Notes: a model not told the origin generated them from the sequence alone. DNA of 59,668 nucleotides from Desulfovibrionaceae bacterium (GCA_040307025.1 JAWRKJ010000291.1:1-59668); one strand, 5' to 3'. Positions 30,861-41,303 are shown, numbered from the stretch's first letter. Numbers and translations: made by a program.

Positions 30861-31508
30861 TTATTTCCCGGCCGTGTCGGCCTCAGCCGGTTTGCGGATG
30901 TGCACCCAGACACCGTAGGAGTCCCGGTGCTCGGACGCCCCGACCACCCCGGCCTCGCGCAGGACCTGGGCCAGATAGCCGTCCTGCTTCCAGTTGTTGC
31001 GGTCGTCCTTTTGCTCTTCTCCCGACCATTTGGGGCGCATGGCCCGGACTTCCTCGATGGGCTGGTAGCGGCTGAAGCCGCAGCCGACCAGGGCCGCCCC
31101 GCCCGGCGACAGCACCCGGAAGATCTCCCGGAAGGCGGCCACGTGATCCTCCCAGAACGGAATCGAGCCCCGGCTGACCAGGAAATTCACGCTGCCGTCC
31201 TCCAGGGGCATGGCCGTGACATCGGCTTCGAGGAACCGGAAGCGCTCGGCCGGAAGGGCGTGGCGGACCACGTTTTCCCGGGCCATGTCGAGGATCTCGG
31301 CCTTGGCGTCCAGGCCGATCATGGTAAGGTCCGTGATCTTGGCCAACTCGATGATGACGGCGGCGCTGCCCGTGCCCACATCCAGGCACACGCCCTTGGT
31401 GATGCCGAAATCGTCCACGATCTGCCTGGCGAGCAGGGGATACATGACCGCGAACCGGTGGTTGGCGTCGTAGCAGTAGAAATCCTTTTCAACGGTGGTC
31501 TCGCTCAT
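30861..31508 (-). CDS. Class I SAM-dependent methyltransferase
   Basis: CLDVGTGSA, ADVTAMPLEDGSVNFLVSRGS, RVLSPGG. Confidence 0.92.
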   Translation of the reverse strand: MSETTVEKDFYCYDANHRFAVMYPLLARQIVDDFGITKGVCLDVGTGSAAVIIELAKITDLTMIGLDAKAEILDMARENVVRHALPAERFRFLEADVTAMPLEDGSVNFLVSRGSIPFWEDHVAAFREIFRVLSPGGAALVGCGFSRYQPIEEVRAMRPKWSGEEQKDDRNNWKQDGYLAQVLREAGVVGASEHRDSYGVWVHIRKPAEADTAGK

Positions 31509-32358
31509 GGGAACTCCTTGGCGGCGACGGCGGCGTCGCGGGAAAGGTTGCGGACGACACGGCGGGCTGGCGACGTCCGGGTCGGGGAATGCCGTCCGGT
31601 ACGCAGATCCGCAGGGCGCCGTCTATGGTGTGGATGGAAATCGGGGCGTCATAGAGGCGGCCGAGGCTGTCCTCGGTGACCACGGTGTCCGGGGCGCCGT
31701 CGGCCACGAGGGACCCGCCGCGCAGCATGAGCACCCGGTCGGCCAGCCACAGGGCATGGTCCGGGAAATGGGTGGTCATGACAATGGTGCGCCCGGCCGC
31801 GCGCAGGGCGTCGAGGATGCCCAGGAACCGCGTCTGGTGGCCGAAATCCAGGCCGGTGGTGGGCTCGTCGAACACGATGGTGGGGGTGTCCTGGGCCAGG
31901 GCACGGGCGAGCAGGGTGCGCTGGCGCTGGCCGCCGCTTAAGCGCGTGTACGGGACCTCGGCCAGGTCGGCGATGTCGAACCGGGCCAGGGCCTCGCGGG
32001 CGATGTCGCGGTCCCGGCGGGTCGGCCGGCCGAAAAAGGCCCCCCGGGCGGCCCGGCCCATGAGCACCATGGCCAGGACCGTGTAGGCAAAAGCCGGCTG
32101 ACCGGATTGGGGCACGCTGGCCAGGCGCCGGGCCAGTTCCCGGCGGGAATACGATCCGGCGTCCCGGCCCGCCAGCAGCAACCGGCCGGAGGTGGGGGCG
32201 AGCAGGCCGCGCATGAGCTTGAGCAGGGTGGTCTTGCCGCAGCCGTTGGGTCCAAGCAGGCAGACGAGTTCTCCCGGGCGCACCGTAAACGACACCCGGG
32301 ACAGGACCGGTTTGCGGTCATAGGCAAAACTCAGGTTTTCGGCCCGAAACACGTCCAT
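31489..32358 (-). CDS. Iron-chelate/cobalamin ABC transporter ATP-binding protein
   Basis: GPNGCGKTT, LSGGQRQR, FDEPT, TTH. Confidence 0.93.
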   Translation of the reverse strand: MDVFRAENLSFAYDRKPVLSRVSFTVRPGELVCLLGPNGCGKTTLLKLMRGLLAPTSGRLLLAGRDAGSYSRRELARRLASVPQSGQPAFAYTVLAMVLMGRAARGAFFGRPTRRDRDIAREALARFDIADLAEVPYTRLSGGQRQRTLLARALAQDTPTIVFDEPTTGLDFGHQTRFLGILDALRAAGRTIVMTTHFPDHALWLADRVLMLRGGSLVADGAPDTVVTEDSLGRLYDAPISIHTIDGALRICVPDGIPRPGRRQPAVSSATFPATPPSPPRSSHERDHR

Positions 32359-32361
32359 GGC

Positions 32362-33405
32362 CTAGCTCCAGGCCCGCCGGGCATGGCGCAGCACGATGGG
32401 GAAAAACGGGATGCCGATCAGGGCGGTCAGGATGCCCAGGGGGATTTCCACCGAAAAGGTCAGCCGGGCCACAGCGTCCACCAAAAGCAGGAACAGTCCG
32501 CCGAGCAGGGCCACCGTGGGCAGGAGCCGGCGGTTGTCCGGCCCGACCAGCATGCGGCCGGCATGGGGGATGATGAGCCCCACCCAGCCGATCAGCCCGG
32601 CAATGGACACGGTGGCGGCGCACAGCACCGTGGTCAGGCCGATGAGGACCAGCCGTACCGGGGCCACGGACAGGCCGAGGCTCTGGGCCTCCTCGTCACC
32701 GAGGCTCAGGAGATCGAGCGGGCGGGAAAAGGCGAACAGTCCGGCCATGCAGACAAGCATCACTGGTGCGGCCCGGGCCATGGTGGGGCCGTCGGCCCGG
32801 GACAGGCCGCCCATGAGCCAGTAGGTGATGGCCGGGAGTTGGTCCTTGGGATCGGCCACGTACTTGGCCGCCGCAAGCAGGGCCGTGAAAAGGGCCGTGC
32901 TGATGACGCCGCTCAAAATGAGTACGAGTTGCCGGTCGCCCCGGCAGATGGCGGCCAGAAACAGGGCCAGGCCCACGGCCAGCAATCCGCCGGCAAAGGA
33001 ACAGGCCTGGACGGCCAGCCAGGGCGCGCCGACGAGCATGCCACAGGCCGCGCCGAAGCCGGCTCCGGCCAGAACGCCAAGGAGTGCCGGCGAGACCAGG
33101 GGATTGACGAACATGGCCTGGTAGGCGGCGCCGCTCATGGAAAGGGCCGCCCCGAGCAGCACGGCGGCCACGAGCCGGGGCAGGCGGATGTCGTAGAGCA
33201 CCACGCCGACCAGCCGCATCCGGGCGGCCGCGTCCTCACCCGCGACGGTCCCGGTCAGGGCGCGCCATTGATCACCCAGGCCGACGGGATAATTGCCCGC
33301 GGTCAGGGACCAGACCGCTCCCACGAGCAGCATGGCCGCCAGCAGCCAGGGGATGGACCGTCCCTTGACGGCGGTCCCGGAAAGCGTTTGGCAGGGAACG
33401 GTCAC
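32362..33405 (-). CDS. FecCD/BtuC family ABC permease
   Basis: IRLPRL, QAMFVNPLVSP, GDEEAQSLG, IGWVGLIIPH, EIPLGILTALIG. Confidence 0.93.
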   Translation of the reverse strand: MTVPCQTLSGTAVKGRSIPWLLAAMLLVGAVWSLTAGNYPVGLGDQWRALTGTVAGEDAAARMRLVGVVLYDIRLPRLVAAVLLGAALSMSGAAYQAMFVNPLVSPALLGVLAGAGFGAACGMLVGAPWLAVQACSFAGGLLAVGLALFLAAICRGDRQLVLILSGVISTALFTALLAAAKYVADPKDQLPAITYWLMGGLSRADGPTMARAAPVMLVCMAGLFAFSRPLDLLSLGDEEAQSLGLSVAPVRLVLIGLTTVLCAATVSIAGLIGWVGLIIPHAGRMLVGPDNRRLLPTVALLGGLFLLLVDAVARLTFSVEIPLGILTALIGIPFFPIVLRHARRAWS

Positions 33406-34466
33406 GGCTTGGGTACGGCCTTTTGATCCAGCAGCGCCCGGGCCTCGGCGTCGGTCAGGTCCTGGCCCAGGAAAAGCTTCATGAATGTTCGCGTCTCCTG
33501 GACCATGTCAGAGGGGAACGTCTCGGGATAGAGGATGTTGGCCAGCCATTTGAGCCCGAGCAGCCGCATGAACGACGGCGGCCGGTCGAACCAGTTGAGC
33601 GGCTTGTCCGGGATCAGATAGACCCGGCCCTGCTGCACGGCCGGGATGGTCTTCCAGACCGGAGAGGCCAGGATCATGTCGCGGCAGGCCGCGTCCTGGA
33701 CCAGGATGACCTGGGGCGCGTAGCCGATGACCGTCTCCAGGGTGACCTTGTCCATGCCGTAGCGCCGGCTCTGGGGCGTGGGGTGGACGTTGAGGCCGCC
33801 GGCCAGGTCCAGGACCAGGGTATGGAAGGAGCCGCGACCGTCGGTGTAGAGCCCGTCGCCGCCCTCGGCGTAGTAGACGGTCAGGCGCTTGTTTTCGGGG
33901 ATGGTGGCCAGGCCCTGGCGCAGGTCGGCCAGGGTGGATTCGGCATAAGCGGCCAGGGCTTCGCCGCGTGTCTCGTGTCCCAGGACCTCGCCCAGGAACC
34001 GGAAGTCCTTGGCATATTCCTCGGGGGATTCGCTGTCGATGTGCACGACCGGAATGTGCAGGTCTGCAAAAAAGCATTCGAATCCCCGGTGTGGTTTGGC
34101 CATGGTGCCGCTGACCACTATATCCGGGGCGGCCTTGACCAGGGACTCCTTGTTGGGGGTCATGGCTTGGCCGAAAAAGCCTCCGAGCACCGGCAGGCCG
34201 CGCACGCACGGGTCAAGGTAGGGCGCGGCCGTGCCCGGCAGGGGATAGTTCCAGCCGGCAAGCAGGCAGGGCGCCACGGCATAGACGAGCAGGGTGTCCG
34301 GCGGAGACAGGGTGTAGACCCGTTTGGGCGCGTCGGGCACGGTGACGGAGAGGCCATCCATGTCCGTGACGGTCTTGGCCTGGACCGGGGCAACCAGCAA
34401 CAACAGCAAGAAACCGAGGCAAAGAACCGGGACCCGCGGACGGGGCCAAGCGGCAGGGCAGGGCAT
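33402..34466 (-). CDS. Iron-chelate/cobalamin ABC periplasmic binding protein (helical backbone)
   Basis: Signal peptide ending VQA, TVTDMDG, PKRV, WFDRPPS...LGLKWLA. AAGGA precedes ATG 34466; TTGCGT-N16-TATAGT promoter candidate at 34522-34495. Confidence 0.9.
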   Translation of the reverse strand: MPCPAAWPRPRVPVLCLGFLLLLLVAPVQAKTVTDMDGLSVTVPDAPKRVYTLSPPDTLLVYAVAPCLLAGWNYPLPGTAAPYLDPCVRGLPVLGGFFGQAMTPNKESLVKAAPDIVVSGTMAKPHRGFECFFADLHIPVVHIDSESPEEYAKDFRFLGEVLGHETRGEALAAYAESTLADLRQGLATIPENKRLTVYYAEGGDGLYTDGRGSFHTLVLDLAGGLNVHPTPQSRRYGMDKVTLETVIGYAPQVILVQDAACRDMILASPVWKTIPAVQQGRVYLIPDKPLNWFDRPPSFMRLLGLKWLANILYPETFPSDMVQETRTFMKLFLGQDLTDAEARALLDQKAVPKP

Positions 34467-34536
34467 GGTGACATCCTTGGACGCAGTTTTCGTCACTATA
34501 GCCCGGCCCGGTGGAGACGCAACGGGATACTTGTCA

Positions 34537-34554
34537 TAAATAGTTAGTTATTTA
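34537..34554. promoter_or_regulatory. AT-rich palindromic operator candidate upstream of the ABC operon
   Basis: TAAATA-GTTAGT-TATTTA in an otherwise GC-rich intergenic region. Confidence 0.4.
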
Positions 34555-34638
34555 GGTGTGTTGCCGAGTGGCGTCGAGGTATTTACTGTCACGCGGAGTC
34601 CGGGAAACGGCAGTCTTCCGGCGTGAACCCGGGAAGCA

Positions 34639-37395
34639 TTAGGAAGGCGTGTTGCCGTGGCAGGCGGCAGCGCGGGCGGCCATGACCTGCTCGATGACCT
34701 GAAGCAGGGTCGGCGCGTCCATGGGCTTGGCCACGTAGTCATTCATCCCGGCGGCCAGGAATTTTTCCCGATCGCCGCTCATGGCGTAGGCGGTCATGGC
34801 CACCACGGGAATGGCCGGATCGAAGCGGCCCGAGGTGTCGGAGCGGATGCGCCGGGTGGCGGTCAGGCCGTCCATGATCGGCATCTGCACGTCCATGAGC
34901 ACGAGGTCGAAAGAGGCCTCGGCCAGGGCGGCCAGGGCCAACTCCCCGTTGGCGCACAACCTTGGCCGGTGCCCGACCTTGGTCAAAAGCCGCTCGATGG
35001 CGAACTGGTTCATGGCGTCGTCCTCGGCCACGAGGATGGACAGGACACGGTCCGGCCGTTTCAGGGCCAGGGACACCCCCTCCGCCTCCGGTCGGGAGCC
35101 GGCCACGGCAAAGGGCAGGGTCACCCGTATGGTCGTGCCGTGCCCAAGCGCACTGTCCAGGGCGATGGTGCCGCCCATGAGGTCGGTCAGGCGCTTGACA
35201 ATGGCCAGGCCCAGCCCCACTCCGCCGGGCGCCTTGGCGGCGGCGTTCCCGACCTGGACGAAACGGTCGAAGATGGCCTCTCGCATAGCCGCGGCAATGC
35301 CTCGCCCGGTGTCGGACACGGTAAAGCACACCGCGAGCCTCCCATCCGGCCGGTCGGTTGCGACAGGCGCGACCGTGACCCGGATGCCGCCGGTATCGGT
35401 GTATTTGACCGCGTTGCCGACCAGATTGAGCAGGACCTGGCGCAACCGGGCATCGTCTCCGATCAGGCCGGGCGGCAGCTTGTCGTCGAGATCGAAGGCC
35501 AGGGCGAGGCCCTTTTTACCGGCCATGGGCGCGAAAATATCGAGCACGGCTTGCCGGACCTCCCCGGGTGCGAACTCCGCCTCGCGCAGACTGAGCTTGC
35601 CGGATTCGATCTGACTGAGGTCGAGGATGTCCGAGAGCAGACGGGTCAGGCGTTTCGAGGCGCCGGTGGCCATCTGCACGAAGTCGCGTTGCTCGTCGTC
35701 GAGGTTCGAGGCGGCCAGAAGCTGGAGCATGCCGAGGACGCCGGACAGTGGCGTGCGGATTTCGTGGCTCATGTTGGCCAGAAATTCGCTCTTGGCCTGG
35801 TTGGCGGCATCGGCCTGGGCCTTGGCCGCCTTGAGCGCGCCTTCGATGCGCAACTGCTCGGTCATGTCCCGGTTGGAACCGCGTCGGCCCAAGGGGCTGC
35901 CATCGGCCGCGACAATGGCTTCGCAGACGTGGCCGATGGGCACGACCGTGCCGTCCGGACGCAGGATGCGGACATTGAGCTCGCCATGGGGCGCGGAGGT
36001 CTGGTCGAGGGTCGCAAGATGGCTCTCCCAGATCTTTCGATCCTCGGGATGGATGATGGCGTCGAAGGTTACCCGTCCGCTCAAAAATGCCTCGGAAGGA
36101 TAGCCGGAAATGCGCAGGCAGGATGGCGACACCCACTGGCAGCTGCCGGCCGCGTCCACCCAGTATTCCCAGTTGGCGGAGTTGTCGGCCACGATGCGGA
36201 AGATGCGGTCATGCTCCTTGAGCCGTTCCTCGGTTTCCTGGCGTTTGCGTTCCGCAGCCTCACGCTCGGCGGCGCGGGTGCGCAAAAGCCACGAGGCGTT
36301 GTCCAGGGCCTTGGCCACCTGCAAGGTCTCGTCGAGGTTGTGGCTGGACAGGTCCACGGGCGTTCCCTCGGCCAGGGCCCGGGCCTGGGGGATCAGGGCC
36401 TGGATGGACCGGGTGATGCCCCGGGCCATGCCCATGGCCACGCCGAGACCAAGCAGGGAGAGCAGGGCCGTGCCGCCGATCGTCCACCAGAGCCAGATGC
36501 GCTGTTCGGCCAGCAGGAGCGTCTGGGGAACGCTCACCACCACGCCGAAGCCAGACTTTTTGGCCCGAACAAAGGTGGCCAGGACAGGCACGTGTTCGAG
36601 ATTGACCGTGGTGTAGGCGACGGATGCGCCGGCTTCGGGAAAAAGCCCCGGCAGGGCCTTTTCCGCCGACTGGCCCACCAGGGATTCGGGGCCGGCCGTG
36701 CGCGCGACCACGGTATTGCCAGGGTCGAGGATGGTGATCACCCAGTGTGGCTCGTGGGCATGCTGGGCCAGGATGCCGGAAAACCGTGCAGCCGGTACGG
36801 TCATGGCCAGATCATAGTGGACCCGGCCGTCCTTCCAGACCGGCATGTCCAGGCTGATCATGGCCCGGCCGGTGACCGCCCCGCGAAACAGCCGGCTTTG
36901 ACCCGGTCTGCCGGTCTCGAACACCTGTCTTACCACCGCAGGCACGCCCCGCTTGGGCAGGGGCGCCTCCGGCGGCAAATAGGAGTTGAACACTTGTTGG
37001 CCGGTAGCATCGGCCATGACAATGTCGGACTGGGGAAAGGAACGCAAAAGCTTGGCGACCTGGACACGAAAGGCCGGAAAATCGTCGTGGTCCAGGGCCG
37101 GCGAAGTGGTCAGGCCTTCCAGGGCGGTCTGGATGATGGCCAGTTCCTGGTCCACGGCCAGGGCCAGGGCCCGGGCCGATTCGGCCATATGGCTCTCGAC
37201 CAGGGCCCATTTGGTTTTGACGGCGTAATGGACGAGCAGGCCCGCGCACAGCCAGACCGGTAACACGCAGGCCGCCACCAGCTGGGTCAGACGCCAGCGG
37301 ACCGTGCGCCGGGTCACAAGCGGGCACGAAGCCGGCGTGCCTTGCGGCGCAGGCACCGGAGGGCCGGAGGCGGCGTCTGGCGTGATAGGGACCAT
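34639..37395 (-). CDS. Hybrid sensor histidine kinase/response regulator (Cache, PAS, HisKA, HATPase, REC)
   Basis: Two TMs flanking a Cache-like domain; PAS (IHPED); ANMSHEIRTPL, NLVGNAVKYT, GLGLAI, VLMDVQMP. Confidence 0.93.
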   Translation of the reverse strand: MVPITPDAASGPPVPAPQGTPASCPLVTRRTVRWRLTQLVAACVLPVWLCAGLLVHYAVKTKWALVESHMAESARALALAVDQELAIIQTALEGLTTSPALDHDDFPAFRVQVAKLLRSFPQSDIVMADATGQQVFNSYLPPEAPLPKRGVPAVVRQVFETGRPGQSRLFRGAVTGRAMISLDMPVWKDGRVHYDLAMTVPAARFSGILAQHAHEPHWVITILDPGNTVVARTAGPESLVGQSAEKALPGLFPEAGASVAYTTVNLEHVPVLATFVRAKKSGFGVVVSVPQTLLLAEQRIWLWWTIGGTALLSLLGLGVAMGMARGITRSIQALIPQARALAEGTPVDLSSHNLDETLQVAKALDNASWLLRTRAAEREAAERKRQETEERLKEHDRIFRIVADNSANWEYWVDAAGSCQWVSPSCLRISGYPSEAFLSGRVTFDAIIHPEDRKIWESHLATLDQTSAPHGELNVRILRPDGTVVPIGHVCEAIVAADGSPLGRRGSNRDMTEQLRIEGALKAAKAQADAANQAKSEFLANMSHEIRTPLSGVLGMLQLLAASNLDDEQRDFVQMATGASKRLTRLLSDILDLSQIESGKLSLREAEFAPGEVRQAVLDIFAPMAGKKGLALAFDLDDKLPPGLIGDDARLRQVLLNLVGNAVKYTDTGGIRVTVAPVATDRPDGRLAVCFTVSDTGRGIAAAMREAIFDRFVQVGNAAAKAPGGVGLGLAIVKRLTDLMGGTIALDSALGHGTTIRVTLPFAVAGSRPEAEGVSLALKRPDRVLSILVAEDDAMNQFAIERLLTKVGHRPRLCANGELALAALAEASFDLVLMDVQMPIMDGLTATRRIRSDTSGRFDPAIPVVAMTAYAMSGDREKFLAAGMNDYVAKPMDAPTLLQVIEQVMAARAAACHGNTPS

Positions 37396-37523
37396 GCCTC
37401 CCTATAAGCCCGATTTCCCTGAAGCTGTCCAGACCTTGGGGTCTTGGCGGGGGCCGCCACGCAAAAAAATTCGTCATCGCATGGTCTGGCGGTCCCGGGC
37501 GGCGAAAAAGGCGTACGGAAGGA

Positions 37524-38189
37524 TTACGCGTCCGCGTCGTCGTCAGCGCCGGCGCGATCCTGACGATCCAGGGTGATGGAAAAGGCGACGGAATAGAAAT
37601 GATGGAAGAAGTCCACGTATTCCACGTAGACATCGGCTGGGACCGTGAGCATGGCCGGGGAGTAGTTGATGATACCCTTGACGCCGGCCTCGATGAGGAA
37701 ATTGGCGGCGCGTTGGGCCCGGTTGACCGGGGTGGTGATGAGCCCGATCTCGATGCCGAGTTCGGCCACGGCGTCCTTGAGACGCCGGGTGCAGACCACT
37801 TCCAGGCCCGAGACTTCCTCGCCGATCTTGAACGGATCGCAGTCGAAGGCGCCGACGATGTCGAAGCCGCGGAACTTGAAGTCCTGATGGCGCAACAACG
37901 CCTTGCCGAGATTCCCCACGCCGACCAGGGCGCATTTCCAGACCCGGTCGACCCCCAGGGAATGCTTGATGGAAACGATGAGATCCTGGACATGGTAGCC
38001 GACGCCGCGCACGCCGAATTCGCCGAAATAGGCGAGGTCCTTACGGATCTGAGAGGGATTGACGCTGCAGGTGCGCGCCAGGAGTTCCGAGGAGACCACC
38101 TGGGTACCCTCGCGCTTGAGGGTCTCCAGCACCTGGACATACATGGCCAGGCGCTTGATGGTGGCCTTTGGGATGTGTTCGCTTTTCAA
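37524..38189 (-). CDS. rex: Redox-sensing transcriptional repressor Rex
   Basis: IPKATIKRL, QIRKDLAYFGEFGVRGVGY, GVGNLG (NADH-binding). TTG start with AAGGA RBS. Confidence 0.96.
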   Translation of the reverse strand: MKSEHIPKATIKRLAMYVQVLETLKREGTQVVSSELLARTCSVNPSQIRKDLAYFGEFGVRGVGYHVQDLIVSIKHSLGVDRVWKCALVGVGNLGKALLRHQDFKFRGFDIVGAFDCDPFKIGEEVSGLEVVCTRRLKDAVAELGIEIGLITTPVNRAQRAANFLIEAGVKGIINYSPAMLTVPADVYVEYVDFFHHFYSVAFSITLDRQDRAGADDDADA

Positions 38190-38222
38190 CGCGGCGTCCT
38201 TGGGTGTCCGACTCGCTCACCG

Positions 38223-38240
38223 TTGTGAAAGTTTGGACAC
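38223..38240. promoter_or_regulatory. Degenerate Rex operator upstream of rex (possible autoregulation)
   Basis: TTGTGAAAGTTTGGACAC: one perfect half-site and three mismatches in the other. Confidence 0.45.
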
Positions 38241-38249
38241 GCCGTGGTC

Positions 38250-38282
38250 AAAAAAAGGAGGCCGGAGAGCCCGGCCTCCTTT
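38250..38282 (-). terminator. Rho-independent terminator after atpE
   Basis: AGGAGGCCGG-N5-CCGGCCTCCT stem with a T-run on the minus strand. Confidence 0.82.
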
Positions 38283-38296
38283 CCTATCGAACAGTC

Positions 38297-39417
<1,121 letters not shown>

Positions 39418-39420
39418 GTC

Positions 39421-39873
39421 CTATGCCTCCTTTCCCGTAAACGTTTGGTGCGCCTTGGAACCGCCTTGGCGCAGGGCGCCCCAGACGACGAAGTTCCCCA
39501 CCACCGTCGAAATGCCGGCCAAAAGCGGCAACGGCTTGGCCCCGAGCCATGCGATGCAAACGAACAACACGAGTCCGGTCACGGCCAGACGCAGGTAGAA
39601 CCTGATCAGCACGGCCGCCACGGCCTCGCGTCGATTGGCGTATCCCGTGATCCGCTGGCCGAATCGGGCCAGGGAACAAAAATTGAACGTAATCAGGCAG
39701 GTGCCCACGGCCAGGGCCCAGGCGCCGTCCCAGAACGGAAAGGTCAGGGCGCTTGCGGCCAGGACCAGGGCGGTGAGCAGGATCTGGTTGCGCACCAGCT
39801 CGCGCACCTCGGGGTGGACATAGCCCCGGCGCAACAGCCAGCCTTCCAGCCTGTCCAGTACGCTACGTGTCAT
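39421..39873 (-). CDS. atpI: ATP synthase subunit I
   Basis: Four TMs, FYLRL; conserved position before atpB. Confidence 0.8.
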   Translation of the reverse strand: MTRSVLDRLEGWLLRRGYVHPEVRELVRNQILLTALVLAASALTFPFWDGAWALAVGTCLITFNFCSLARFGQRITGYANRREAVAAVLIRFYLRLAVTGLVLFVCIAWLGAKPLPLLAGISTVVGNFVVWGALRQGGSKAHQTFTGKEA

Positions 39874-40126
39874 CCTTGCCATCCGTCGGTTCGTCCGTGT
39901 CGGCCTTCTGGATCTTCCTGACTTCCGACACGACGTTTTTAAATCCGGCCACAATGCCGAGCACCAAAAAAACGAGCAGAAGCCAAGGCTTCGTGCCCAG
40001 CCAGCGGTCCAGCCAATAGCCGATCAAAAGACCCACGAAGGTGGCGGTCACCAGATTGAGGCCCACCACCGAGGCCGAGGCGATGGCTTCGCGCAGGGCC
40101 TTGTCCTTGATCAGCTTTCCGAACAC
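39863..40126 (-). CDS. AtpZ/AtpI family protein
   Basis: GLLIGYWLDRWLGTKPW...LGIVAGF; first gene of the atp block. Confidence 0.88.
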   Translation of the reverse strand: MFGKLIKDKALREAIASASVVGLNLVTATFVGLLIGYWLDRWLGTKPWLLLVFLVLGIVAGFKNVVSEVRKIQKADTDEPTDGKDDT

Positions 40127-40174
40127 CAGGCCGCCTCCCCCAGGGAACCGGCACGCGACCTGTCCGGCCGGCGC

Positions 40175-40192
40175 TCGTGCACAAGTTCACAA
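40175..40192. promoter_or_regulatory. Rex operator upstream of the atp operon
   Basis: TCGTGCACAAGTTCACAA (GTG-N8-CAC core, 18 bp), about 50 nt upstream of the atpZ start. Confidence 0.65.
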
Positions 40193-40414
40193 GTCGCGAA
40201 GGCCTAGCACGCCCGCCGCGCGAAAGTCAATGGGGTCGGCCCGATTCCGCGAGTTTTCCCACCCGCTGCCAGTACGCCGGGCCGTTGACTCCAATAGCCC
40301 CCAACCGCTTGCGGCACAAGCCAAAACGCCACGAAAGGGGCCGTATTCCCCGATGACAACCGCCGGCCCATGGAGTAACGTCCCCTACACTGTGATTTGC
40401 CAAGGAGGGAATGC

Positions 40415-40846
40415 ATGCAACGCATCCTGTTTTCAATCCTGCTCGTGAGTCTGCTGGTGGCCGGCGCCGCGCCTGCCTTTGCCCAGGGGTATTTTTATTG
40501 TGTCAAACCCGATGGTGCGCCCGTGGCCAGCATCCTCATGCCGGCCGGTTCCCACCACGACCCCAGTGTGGTGTGCAACGCCATGGTGCCCCAATGTTTT
40601 CTGACCTGCGCCGCGGTCGAGCAGCGCCAGGACGGCCAGGCCGTGCTGCCGCCCAATCTGCCCGCCATCACGGTCACGCCGCAGATGCTTTCGGGGCTTG
40701 GCGCGCCGACCTACGAATCCCCGGCCCAGTGCGAAAGCCAGTACCAGGCCTGCGTGGCCAAGTGCCGGGGTGACCGGGCCTGCGAGTCCTACTGCCGGAG
40801 CGTGCGTTCGGGCTGCGGCACCGGCAACACCCGTACCGGGCAGTAA
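40415..40846 (+). CDS. Secreted cysteine-rich hypothetical protein
   Basis: AAGGAGG RBS; signal peptide ending AFA; 10 Cys. Confidence 0.78.
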   Translation: MQRILFSILLVSLLVAGAAPAFAQGYFYCVKPDGAPVASILMPAGSHHDPSVVCNAMVPQCFLTCAAVEQRQDGQAVLPPNLPAITVTPQMLSGLGAPTYESPAQCESQYQACVAKCRGDRACESYCRSVRSGCGTGNTRTGQ

Positions 40847-40926
40847 ATCCCCCGCGTTTTTCGGACGTCCGGGAGGGGCAAACCGTCCCTCCCGGATGAG
40901 CCGCGAACAGCGCTTGACCTTCTATC

Positions 40927-40945
40927 GATGGTGATTATCATTTTC
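40927..40945. promoter_or_regulatory. Fur box overlapping the -10 of a sigma70 promoter
   Basis: GATGGTGATTATCATTTTC, 15/19 to GATAATGATAATCATTATC; TTGACC(40914)-N16-TATCAT. Confidence 0.6.
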
Positions 40946-40983
40946 AAGCGTCGGGCAAGGACCCGCGCCGGGAGGTGAGCACC

Positions 40984-41193
40984 ATGACGACCGCACTGAC
41001 ACGCGAGTATAAGGGATATCGGATCGAACTGACCCCGACCGGTGATTATTGCGCCGCTTTTGCCGTAGATGTCCGTGACGGCGAAGGCCGCCTCGTCACC
41101 CACCTGGGCGTGGGAGGGAATACCGAGGCCCGGGCCGTGGAGCGGGGCCAGGAGCTGATCGACTTCGAACGTTCCTTTGGCACCAATCATTAA
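40984..41193 (+). CDS. Small hypothetical protein (69 aa)
   Basis: GGAGG precedes ATG 40984; EYKGYRIEL...AVERGQELID. Confidence 0.72.
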   Translation: MTTALTREYKGYRIELTPTGDYCAAFAVDVRDGEGRLVTHLGVGGNTEARAVERGQELIDFERSFGTNH

Positions 41194-41264
41194 ATATGTT
41201 GCGGTAACTATGCTGCATTGACGGGATGGTCAGGAGGAAAGCCGAACAGGCCGCTCCCCGTTCA

Positions 41265-41303
41265 GGGTTTCCAAAGGGCGGGAGCCCTTTGGCCGCCGGA
41301 GGC
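41265..41303 (+). repeat. REP-like intergenic palindromic repeat, copy 4
   Basis: GGGTTTCCAAAGGGC-GGGA-GCCCTTTGGCCGCCGGAGGC. Confidence 0.82.

Noticed and set aside
34500-34640. Possible cobalamin riboswitch before the BtuFCD-like operon
   Set aside because: No B12 box or conserved GGGAA/GCCACTG/CCCGC arrangement on the coding strand, and the leader after the putative promoter is too short.
34657-37263. Very long antisense and alternate-frame ORFs (for example 34657..37263 +, 44179..46011 +, 49441..51297 -, 52549..54495 -, 18534..20258 +)
   Set aside because: Shadow ORFs of well-supported genes in high-GC DNA; no RBS or domain motifs.
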